DNA of 64,000 nucleotides from Salpingoeca rosetta (Eukaryota; Protista; Choanoflagellata): NCBI GenBank assembly GCA_033442325.1, contig JAWQFM010000023.1:1087908-1151907 (forward strand), in the 5' to 3' direction. Made by a program: the position numbers and the translations under genes. How positions within the stretch are numbered: the stretch's first letter is position 1; the number at the start of each line of letters is the position of its first letter. Under the pieces are notes generated by a model, which was not told the origin of the DNA, did not search any database, and saw only the letters and a program-made list of their open reading frames with translations. This document shows positions 14,755 through 29,229 of this stretch, piece by piece.

Positions 14755-17465
14755 TGCGGACGGACCAAGTCCTCCCACGTGTCGACGAGGGTCTTCGGGA
14801 TGGAGGAGAGGTCGTCCCGGGTAAAGTGTGGTCGCAGACACATGACCGCCCTGTCAGCAGACAGCTGGACATTGCAGTCATGGTGGTGATGATGATGATG
14901 ATGAGGCGGAGGCAGGTGTTAATGTTGTTAGGAGGAATGTGGGTCCAAACTGGCACACGCGATTCAAATGCATCCACGACTGTATCTGACAAGCACAGGA
15001 AGCAATATAAGTGCAAGCATGTACACAGACAGGCACAGGGATGCATACCTGCGTGCTGAGGAGGCACGTTGGTGGTTGTTCACCGGCCTGCTGTCCTGGA
15101 GTGGGCGTGGTCTCCTCATCTTCACCGGCTCGAGCGTCCTCTTCTCCACCGCCACCGCCACCGCTAACGTCAGCAGCACCTTCAGCGAGCGGGAGGATGC
15201 GGCGAAGGCGTGCCATGAATGACGACAGCTGCACCAGGATTGCGTCACGCGGCGTCGCAGCAAACATCTTTGGCGTTGCATGTAGGAGACACCACAGAAC
15301 GCAGGATGAGTGAATTTTGGAGACACGAAGTACGTGTGTGCGTGCGTGCGTGTGTGTGGATGCGTGTGTGTGGATGCATGTGTGTGCGTGTGTGCGTGCG
15401 CGCGCGTGTGTGTGCGTGTGTGCGTGCTTGTGTGCGTGTGTGTGGTGTGCGATTGGGATGCAGCACACGTGCGTGGTTGCGATTGTGATTGTGGATGCTT
15501 GCAGGCAACGGCACCGCACCTCGAGTTTCCGTGCGATGAACCTGGTGGTGAGGTGCATGAGCTTGATGGGGAAGTCGAGGTAGTCGCGGAACTGCCATGT
15601 CTCGGAAACGGCGTCCACCAACATCTCGCACGCGCTTGCTAGCTGGTCCTGAGGGTTGGCAGCCGTGGTGGTGGTGGTGAGGTGGTGGTGGTGGTGATGG
15701 TGGTGATGGTGGTGGCATTGGCAGGAACAACAGTGGTGGGGAGTGTTGGGATTGGTGAGTTCATGTTGTTCACGTTGAGAGGTAGTGATGGTGATGACGC
15801 CAGTCACTCCAGATAAACCGCCACGCACGCGCCGCACGCCGCACCGACCTTTGTGAGTGTTTTGAGGACTTCCTTGACAAGCTCAATCTGCCTGTACTTG
15901 AGGCTGGTCTCCAGCTGGCTCGTGTAGCAGTTGTTGCTCTGGTGGTGCCGGGTGGTAAGCGATAATTGGTGAGTGGCGCGTTCATGGATGGTGGACAAGT
16001 CAGAAAAAATACGCGCAAACACAAAACACAAAATCAACGGAGCCGCAGCGTCAAACAGCTAACGCACACACACAACACACACAAACACAGACACAGCACA
16101 CACGCACACACAACACACACGCACACAAACACAGGCACAGGCACAGGCACAGGCACAGACACACATCAAGCGACCACGGACCCATCCGTTTTGGCTGCAG
16201 AGGAGCTGTGCAACGTCGTTCCTGCCGAGCATGGTGAGCTGGTCCAACAGCTGCTGTTGGCTCAGGTCAAGGACAAGCGTCGTCAGCCCGCGCGGACCAA
16301 CCAGCAGCAGCGGCTGCAACGAGGAGGTGGTGTGGGGGGGGGGAGTGGTTGCGGTGAGAACACAGCTGCATGCAGTAGACAACAGCAACACTCACACACA
16401 GACACACAGACACAGACACAGACACAGACACGCACACACGCACACACACACACACACACACACGCGCGCGCGCATGAATACACACACACACACACAGACA
16501 CACAGACACACACACACACTTACATTGGAGTTTGCGACGTGCGTGGAAGGCGGGAGAACGACGGTGGTGAGCGATTGCAGCGTCACGACGTCAACAATCG
16601 TGATGCTGAGGGTATGCTGTACACCGCTCGCAATCACCGTTGCGCGCCGGTTGCGCACGTGCACGTGTGTGGCAGCTGTGCCCTGGCTACGCAGCAGGTG
16701 TGCAAACGGGTGCGGGCGCGGTGGTGGCGGCAGATGGGAGGCAGCCGTGATGAAGCTGGCTGCTGTTGCGTTGAGTGCATCAAGCACAGATGCATTGTAC
16801 TGCGCCTCGCCCACCGACACATCCGCACCACCATCACGGTGGCCGTCGTGGTCGTGGTCGTGGTCGTGCTGGTTGGCGGCAGCTGCCCAGTGTCGCGTTT
16901 CATCGCCACGCATGGTCCCGTGTGTGAAACCACTGGCAAAGTGGTGGCGAGAGACAGCAGATGGGGGGGGGGGGTTGGCAATGGGGTGATTGTACATTGC
17001 ATCACGTGCGTGTGTGGTGTGTATGTGTGTGTGTGTGTTAGTATGTGCAGTTGAGTGCATTGCATCATGTGTGCGCATGCGACATGCGAGTACAGCACCT
17101 GTCGATATCGACGCGTGCGCGCACGGCTTCGATCCATTCGTTGTGGTAGTCGTCAATCGACATCACAGGCAGCGCATCGCACCCGCTCCCGTCTGGCGAG
17201 GAGGGGGGGAAGTCATGAGGTGAGCACAACAACAACAGCGCGTACGCATGCGTGCAAGTCAGGAGAAGGCAGTGACGGGCACACAGCGAGAGAGGTAGAT
17301 GTCCACAGCACACAATACACAAACATCCATGCATGCATGAGAGGCGCGTGTGTGGGGGTGCTCACCGGTGTGAGAGCGCCTGACCAGCGGGGCTGCTGCT
17401 CCCGGCCGCAGATGCTGTGGGAAACTCGAGAAGTACTGAACACACGCACGCAGACCACAACAGGT

Positions 17466-17513
<48 letters not shown>

Positions 17514-18504
17514 GAAAAGCAACGGGTCACGGGAAGCAGCAGCCAGTGTGTATGTATGTGTATGTGTATGTGTGTGTGCGCTCTCACGGCCGGGATGTCG
17601 ATGACGATGGTGACGGGTTCGGATGCGGAGGACACGAGCAAGCGGCGGGGCTGCCATCCAACTGCAATGGAGCTCCACTCCAGCCCTGGCACGCACGTCA
17701 CAAGGGCGGTGATGGCAGTTGGTGAGGACGGTTGGTAATGATGACTGCTGATGATAGTTGGCTGTGTTGATGGTGGCGCTGAAATGCATCTGGCATGGTG
17801 GTGGCCGTGGCGACACGGGGTTTGCGAATGATGTGAGCAGCGCACAAATACAGTCCCAAATACAGTCCATCTCAGCCCGCACCTCTGTAGATGGTACAGC
17901 ATGTTCTGAGGTTGATGACGGCCGCAACGGCAGCAGTGGTGGACACGTCAACCACCTCGACCATATGCGATGCATGCAGCAGCACAAGTTCGCTCCCAGA
18001 TGCACACACCAACGGCCGCGCTGCAGCGAGTGCATGCGAAACAGCAAGCAACAGTGTGCATGTGTGAGCGTATGGGTGTGTGTGTGTGAGTGAGCGTATG
18101 GGTGAGTGAGTGTGTGTGTGTGTGTGAGTGTGTGTGAGTGTGTGTGTGAGTGTGTGAGTGAGTGAGTGAGGAGTGAGTGAGTGAGTGAGTGTGTGAGTGT
18201 GAGCGTATGTGTGTAGGTGAGCGTGGAAACACGAGTTGCACAGCAAGTGAAATGGCGAGTGCACTTCGTGTCCTTCATGCAACATACGAATGTGACATGT
18301 TCACATGCATGATCAATGTACCCCACACGCACCGTCACGTGAGCAGTGGACGTCTGTCCAGCTGAGGTCACCGTCAATCGTGCGCACGTGCTCAACTGTG
18401 CAGCGCTGCTCCTGTCCCCCACGATGACGATGACGATGGCGGTGAGGGTGGGTGTCAAAGTCATGCTGGTGTCAAGTACCTCTTCGCACACGAAACACAC
18501 ACAC

Positions 18505-18561
<57 letters not shown>

Positions 18562-19354
18562 GACACACACAGACATATATGCGGTGCTTCCATGTCTACC
18601 TCTGCGTTTATGGTGACGATGGAGAAGTGCGGGTATGACAGGACAAGAAATTGCTGCTTGGAAATGGGCACAATCTGCACATCCTCCACCTCCGCATCGA
18701 CTGCACGTGGCGAGTGGCAAGCAGCACGCAATGTGAGCAAGAGCGACGGCAACCTCGTACGAATGAGAGCAAATCACGCGGAACAAAACAAGCGCGCACA
18801 TAGAGGCAGGCAGGCAGGCGCAAAGGCGTGGACACAGACACAGACACAGACACGACTACGCGTACACACACATACGCAGACACACAGGCACACACATACG
18901 CATACACACATACGCAGGCACACAGGCAGACACACACAGACACAGACACACACACACACACACGTACCTGTGTCGGCAAAGAGCCAGTCCAGGTGCAGGG
19001 TGCTTTTCATGACGTGTGAGTTGTCGTGAAGTGGTTCAAACTTGAATGAGGACGACGACGCCTGTGTCTCGTCGGACGACTGTTGCTCCTTGGTATCTTG
19101 GTCATTGTTGCCAGTGTGCCTGACACTGAGCAGGATTGTAACGGTGTCATTGGCGCCCAGGGCGACCAGGCACTCGCCTGCGTCTGCGGCTGCAAACGAC
19201 GTGTTCTCCGTGCTGAGGAGAAAAGAGTGTGGATCTGTAATTTCTGTATCGGCCAGGAACAAGTGCCTGCAGTCACGGAGAAGGACGAGTCGTGAGTCAC
19301 CACACACGTCATCGAAGGACAGAAAAACGCTGCAACGCGCAGGGAAACGCTGCA

Positions 19355-19420
<66 letters not shown>

Positions 19421-19710
19421 GCACACACACACACGCACGCACGCACACACACACAGACGCACAGACACGCACACACACGCACACATGTAACCTACGCTGA
19501 AATTGAAGGAAGGGTGGCGAGGAGGCTGTATAGCCCAGCATCTGCTCCTGTGCCATCAGTGCTACTTTCTCGTCTGGTGGTCCAGATGGACAGGTCGTCG
19601 GCGCCTGTCGCAGACGCTTGGGTGGTCATCCACACACACGATGGCGACACCTTGCATCTCTGTGCATCCCTTGCCGCTGTTGGCAGCGCACCTTGCAACA
19701 CAACCTCCAT
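2947..19710 (-). CDS. SPG11: Spatacsin (SPG11 homolog, AP-5-associated), many exons
   Basis: Exon peptides match recalled spatacsin motifs: [15 protein letters not shown] (human LDFAYYLHNGRPSFA), [17 protein letters not shown] (ELLILAHHCFTLTCHME), [64 protein letters not shown] at 19710 ([10 protein letters not shown]), stop TGA at 2947-2949. Internal exon boundaries not all resolved. Confidence 0.88.
3254..3407. repeat. (CAAA)n tetranucleotide microsatellite in a spatacsin intron
   Basis: Near-perfect CAAA run with CGAA variants. Confidence 0.93.
5984..6159. other. Assembly gap (N run) inside a spatacsin intron
   Basis: Run of N flanked by CA repeats. Confidence 0.99.
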
Positions 19711-20250
19711 CCCTTCTGTCTTGCTGTATCCCGTTTATCACCAGCCCACGTGCTGCCTTCGCTGTTTTCTTCTCCCTCGATGCAACAGCTCTTGCTTGAA
19801 TATCAAGGTCACTATCACAACATCAACCATCGAGTCCACACACCCCAACTTGCCTCCTTTTTGCTTCTTTGCTTGTCCTCTCGCTCCGCTTTGCTGCTGC
19901 TCCAAACCAAACAAATGACGAATTGCGGTGTCATACATGTATTTCTGCGGCTGGCGAAATCGCGCACAGTGTGCGAACAACAGTGTGTTCGGGGTGGTAA
20001 CACACAACAGCGCTGTCGTGGGCAGTGGAAGGCACGAAGATGTTGTGACATGATGGCGGTGGGCATTTACAGCACACCTTCACATGCCACAAAGGCACAC
20101 CCAGCATAACAACAACCGCCATCGATCGCAAGCCAGTAGCTAAGGTGGTGATATCGCGTCAGTGGCACAGCGTATGTAATAACCTCAGCTTCCATTACTA
20201 CGAATACCGCAAACGCTCGCTGTCATCCATTCCCCAACAACCAAGCGACC

Positions 20251-21177
20251 ATGCACGCACCTCGTCACTTCTTGGGCATGCTGAGCGTGTCCCGCGGTGA
20301 GCTGACAAGCATCCTGCGCGGGGCAGTTGCGATGAAGGCGGCGGTGAGCCGGGATCCCACCGCCCAGCTGCAATGGCTGCAGGGGCGCACCATGGCGATG
20401 GTGTTTGAGAAGCCGTCGCTGCGCACGCACACGTCGTTCCAGACGGGGATGCACCAGCTCGGCGGCAACGCCATCTACCTTGGGCCGGAGCAGATTGGCC
20501 TCGGCAAGCGCGAGCCCATCAAGGACGTCTCGCGCGTGCTCTCGCGCATGACAGACATCATCATCGCCCGCGTGTTCTCCAACGAGAGCATCCGGGAGCT
20601 TGCGGCGCACTCGAGCGTGCCCGTCATCAACGCGCTGTGCGACGTCGAGCACCCGTGTCAGGCCGTCGCAGACATGCTCACCATCCTCGAGCACAAGGGC
20701 CGCCTCGACAGCTCCCTCAAGGTCACCTTTGTTGGCGACGGCAACAACAACGTCACGCACTCCTTGGCGCTGGCGTGCGCGCAGCTGGGCGTCAACTTCA
20801 CCTGTGCCAGCCCGACGCAGCACAGCATGGATGCGGGCATCCTGAAGACAGCGCAGGACACGGCGAGCGCCACAAGCGCCGCCATCACGCAGACGGTGGA
20901 TGTGGCCGAGGCGGTCACGGGTGCAGATGTGGTGTACACGGACACATTTGTCAGCATGGGCCAGGAGGATGAGAAGGAGCAGCGCCTGTGCGAGTTTGAT
21001 GGCTACCAATCTTCATGCATGACATGCCAGGTCTGTAGCTGCCCTCGCTTGTTGGCTGTGCGTGTGCGTGTGTGTACGTGCGTGTGTGTCTGTGCGTGTG
21101 CGTGTGTGTACGTGCGTGTGTGTGTGCGTGCGTGCGTGTGCGTGTGTGTGCGTGTGTGTGTGTGTGTTGTGTGTGTG

Positions 21178-21214
<37 letters not shown>

Positions 21215-21474
21215 CTCGAAGGCTTTGTCATTCACCGTTCATTCAACGACGATGGCTAATAATCACCCACTCACCCACCCACACACCACACACTGTCTCT
21301 CTTCTCTCGCATCGCATCGCAACAGCGTACCGCGGCATTGAGGTGGCGGAGGACGTGATGGACGGACCCCAGTCGGTGGTCATCGACCAAGCCGAGAACC
21401 GCCTCCACGCGCAGAAGGCGATTGTCTGTCATCTCATGCAAGTCGGCCCCTTTGCACCGACCCACCAGAAGTAA
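20251..21474 (+). CDS. OTC: Ornithine carbamoyltransferase (ArgF/OTC); exon 1 20251-21030, exon 2 21326-21474; apparent frameshifting deletion near 21008
   Basis: FEKPSLRT (carbamoyl-phosphate loop), HPCQ, VGDGNNN, YTDTFVSMG (ornithine SMG loop), QAENRLHAQKA. The IFMHDMP|AYRG motif is present only in a shifted frame from 21009. Confidence 0.93.
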
Positions 21475-21490
21475 CCAAGACAATGTGTCG

Positions 21491-21553
<63 letters not shown>

Positions 21554-21771
21554 GCTTTCTCTCCTGACACTGCTCAGTTCTGTGCATCTCATGACAAGTA
21601 AAGAAAGGCTACATTGCATTGCAGATGTTGTTGTCTTTGCCGAAGTTGACTCTATTCAATGCAACACGAACCACCAACGCAACCAGCCAGAAGCAAAAAG
21701 CAGGAGAGGGCTGTCCATCGCCCGCCATCACGACCGATGAGCGTGCCTGCAAGCAACACTGTGCGTGCGCA

Positions 21772-24827
<3,056 letters not shown>

Positions 24828-25242
24828 TCACTCCGGCGTTGTAAATGAGCGAGTGTGAGATCAAGGCTGTCGTTGCCAGTGGTAGTGGTCAGTGAACGTG
24901 GATGCTCTTGTGTTGTTTGTGCAATTAATTACGCCAGCACTTTGTGTGGTTTTGTAACTGAACTGCTGTTGCGTTCGGCCACCGCGTGTGACGTTGGTGT
25001 TGAAGCACATCTCACAGCACGCTCCCTCTGTCTTGCTGTCTTATTTGATGGTGTATGTAGGGGAGGGAGGTGGCTAGCGGAGGAGCACGCAAAGGAGGAG
25101 GGGGGAATGACAGCACGCGTAGGCAGAGCAAAGGAAAGCACTGTGGAGGATGTGGTCAACGTGTAGCGCGTTGCGTATAGATGTGGGATGTAGGGGGATG
25201 CATGTGTGTGTGTGTGTGTGTGTGTGTGAAGATGCGAAGTGT

Positions 25243-25791
25243 TTACTTCTGGTACTGCTCGTGGAACCACTTCTGGCCCTTCTCAATGCTCTTCTGCAGC
25301 TCAGGGATGACCTGCAATGCGGGCAAAACACACAGAGAGAGAGAGAGAGTGTGTGTGTGTGTGTGCGTGTGTGTGCGTATGTGAGAGAGAGTGTGTGTGT
25401 GTGAGAGAGAGTGTGTGTGTGTGTGTGAGAGTGTGTGAGCGTGTCAAGAGGGAAGATCCATGTTTGCACACACAAAAGCGCTTGCATTTCGCTCACACAC
25501 AACCACTGCTCCTCCACTCAGGGTGCCGCACCTCTGCCTCGAGCTTCTGCTTCTCGTAGTCGCTGAGGTCGCCCAGGCCGAGGTTGCGCTCAACACCGTT
25601 CACCTGTTTGCAAGACACGCATGCGAAACCACACGTGAGCCAAAACAGGGCATGGTGTGACGTGATGTCGTGTCAACAAGGGCAGCAGCACAGCGCACTC
25701 GGCTACCAGACTGCTCGTTGAGCTCGACGCAAATCAAACCGTCAATCACACCAGCGCGCTTACACGTCATGCACGTGGCACACACATGCCA

Positions 25792-25828
<37 letters not shown>

Positions 25829-26463
25829 CACATGTCACACACACCCCCACGCACACACACACGCCACATGTCACACACACACACACATGCCACATGTCAC
25901 ACACTACTTACGCCGAGCTCGACTTGGCTGGAGAAGTACTGGCAGGACGTGACGTCAGACTCAACCATCGTGCACTCAACAACGTTCTTCTCGCCGTTCA
26001 GGGCGCGCACGAGCTGCAGGTGCCAAGTGACGGATAGGAAGAAGGAAGGGTGTGCGTCAGTGCGTGAGTGAGTATGGGTGTTGCGCATCATTGAAACAAG
26101 TCACACACAACGTGTGCGCGAGTGTCGAGGGATGCAAGTGTGCACGGCACGGCATGCAACGCATCTGCATTGCGCAAGCTGTGTTGAGTGCAACTCACGG
26201 CAAAAGCGAACTGGGCGCCGGCCCAGGCCATGGAGAGCGTGGCAGAACCCTGGGTTACGAGGAGGTGCCGATGGAGATGAGCATCAGCGGAGGGGTAGCG
26301 ATGCAATTTGCAGATTTGCAGATGCAAACGTTCAGGCCATGCACAAGACATGAACCATACAGACACGGTGCAACGCACAGACACATTCACACAGACACAT
26401 TCACAGATACACATTCACAGATACACACGCACACTTACGCACACACTTACGCACACACTTACG

Positions 26464-26553
<90 letters not shown>

Positions 26554-28592
26554 GCAGACGGCACAGGGCCGCGAGCGGGCGTGGACGTACAGCGCCGGCC
26601 TTTGCCTCGACGACTTCGGTGCCGCCGTTCTGGATGCGGTGCGTCAACGCGTCGCGCTCCTCGTCCGTGAACGACGTCGCAGGCTCGGTCTGCACACCGC
26701 AAGGAGGGAGGGGGGTGAGGGATGGATTGAGTGTCAGAGGTGTGTTGCGCACGTGGAACGAGCAAGAACCAGCACGTGAGACACAGACGCACTCGCACAT
26801 GCAGGCGCAATACAATACACGCTTTCACATACATACACAGACACACACACACACACACACATAGACACACGCGTGCATGCACACGCGTGTGTTGTGGCGT
26901 ACCCTGGAGAGGAGGGGCAGGATGGTGCCGCCTGCATGGCCGCCAATGACGGGAACAGAGACGTCCTTGGGGTCAAAGCCCTTCTTGCCAGCAATGAACG
27001 TGCGCGCACGCACAACATCCAGCGTCGTCACACCAAACAGGCTGCCACGTTGTGTTAAATCGGGGGAATAAGAGTGGGTGGGCGAGTTGGCGAGAAGAGT
27101 GAGCCGTGCCACACAATGAGCGACACAATTAGAACCATGTACACATAGGAACATAAAAACAGCTACACACAGAGCTACACACAGAGCTACACACACACGA
27201 ACACACACACACAAGCACACACATACACACGAACACACACACACACACACACACACGCCCGCAGCGCGATATGGCAGCGGCCGTGGCGGTTACCGGCGCG
27301 GGTCGTAGACGCCGTGCTTCTTGAGGGCCTCAGCAGCAATGGCGACGGTGCTGTTGACGGGGTTGGAGATGACAGCAATGCACGCCTCGGGGCAGTTGCT
27401 GCAACATCGACAAACAACGCGTGACAGTCATGGTGGCGATGTGGAGGAGGAAGGGGAGAGGGGAGGGTGCGTTAGTAAAGCAGCGACACAGCTCAGAAAG
27501 AGGGGCGAGGTGGAAGGGGACGTGCACGAGACAACACGTGACAATAGGGTGTGCGTGTGCGTACATGGCGCAGGCCTCGGCGAGGGAGGCGACGATGGAG
27601 GCGTTGGTGTTGAAGAGATCATCGCGGGTCATGCCTGACACACACGCACGGGGGATTGTTTTTGGGGGGGGGGATGATAGGGGGAAATGTCATGGTGAGG
27701 GGGGAGAGAGAGAGAGAGAAAGCAACGCGGCAACGCTCAACATAGCGAACAGAGTCATCAGAGTGCAAGCAAGCACGTTCACACATTTGTTGCACACGGT
27801 ATCGTGCAAACATGCAATTTCGAAGTACCCCCCGCGGCATAAAGCACCTGGCTTGCGGGGAACACCGGCGGGGATGATGACAATGTTGGAGCCCTTGAGG
27901 GCATCGGCAAGCTCGCCCTCGCCGTCGTGGCCAGTGACCTACACCAACGTGGACAAGTTAATGGTCGGGAAATGGATTGGGGGGGGGGGAGGGTGAGCAA
28001 AGAAGTGACACAAAAGCAAAAGCGGTGCACATACACACACACACACACATATGCAAGCACACACACACACACACGCGCGCGCGCAAGCACGCAAACCCCT
28101 TCATACACACCGACAAACGCACACCTTGGCGGCGGTGTCAATGTGGCTGAGGTCAGCCGCGACACCCTTGGCGTGCTGGATATCGTACACGGCAACCTCG
28201 TCCACAAAGGCGGGCGGGTGCGACAGCTTCATCAGCATGGACAGGGGCTGGCCAATACCACCAGCACCGCCAAGCACGGCAACCTTCATGTTGTTCTGCG
28301 TGAAGGGGTCAAGGGTGAACATGTGCCGTTGAACAGTGGTGCAGAAAAATGCAAGTTTCATACGCGCACAGCCAACGCCGTCGTTCACGCACACGCATGA
28401 AGTCGTTCACACACACACGCACACGAAGTTGTTCACACACACACACACACACATAAAGTCGTTCACACACACACACACACATAAAGTCGTTCACACACAC
28501 AGTCGTTCACACGCACACAAAGTCGTTCACACACACATAAAGTCGTTCACACACACAGTCGTTCACACGCACACAAAGTCGTTCACACACAC

Positions 28593-28624
<32 letters not shown>

Positions 28625-28691
28625 CAACCTGGACGGAGGTGGAGAGGCTGCGCGCAGCGGGCGCAAACTTGATGGCGCGAGACAGCATCAT
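25243..28691 (-). CDS. MDH2: Malate dehydrogenase, mitochondrial type (about 11 exons)
   Basis: Transit-like [19 protein letters not shown], then [34 protein letters not shown]|[58 protein letters not shown]|GSATLSMA; stop TAA at 25243-25245. Confidence 0.97.
28378..28590. repeat. Compound minisatellite (AAAGTCGTTCAC followed by variable (AC)n), about ten units, in MDH intron 1
   Basis: Recurrent gtcgttcac core separated by CA tracts of different length. Confidence 0.85.
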
Positions 28692-29229
28692 GATGTAGTT
28701 GTGCAAAAAGGTCAAGCAACGACTGACAGAGAGAGAGAGAGAGAGAGAGAACAAGACCTGCAGACATGCACACCACGCACATCCGTCAGTGAACAAAGGG
28801 AAAGAAAGGCCCAGCCAGTGAGTGTAAACAAAACAAGAGGCTGTCATGCCATACATATACATTGCACGCATGCATGGTGTCGAATCCACTTCCACTCTCC
28901 CTCCTCTTCACACCCTCTCCCCCTCTCCCTCTCTACCCCTCCTCTTTTCTCTCAATCCTACACCACCATCATCCATCGCCAAGCGAAGCAACCACAGACA
29001 GCACAGACAGCACAGCACGCTGCAGCACTTCACGAACCAGCAACGCGAGGCATTGGCAGCAAGTTGTGCGGATTGCGAAAATTGGCTACATCTTCAAACA
29101 AATCACGTTTTTGCTTGGATAGGGTTGCAAATTGTAAACCACCCTTTTCATGGTGTGCGGAACGGTCGACCGCAATTTGCAAAACACAAGCCAACCTCCC
29201 CAAAAACAACAACAACGACAACCGGCCAA

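Noticed and set aside
21001-21030. Programmed -1 ribosomal frameshift in OTC
   Set aside because: No slippery heptamer, and ~13 conserved residues would still be missing; a deletion or mis-assembly fits better.
20251-21474. 407-aa OTC ORF taken at face value
   Set aside because: It reads through a GT-AG intron of GT repeats and lacks the HxxP motif.
28378-28590. Repeat-spacer-like array (AAAGTCGTTCAC units) resembling a mini CRISPR
   Set aside because: The spacers are only variable CA tracts, the repeat is ~12 nt, it lies in a eukaryotic intron and there are no cas genes.
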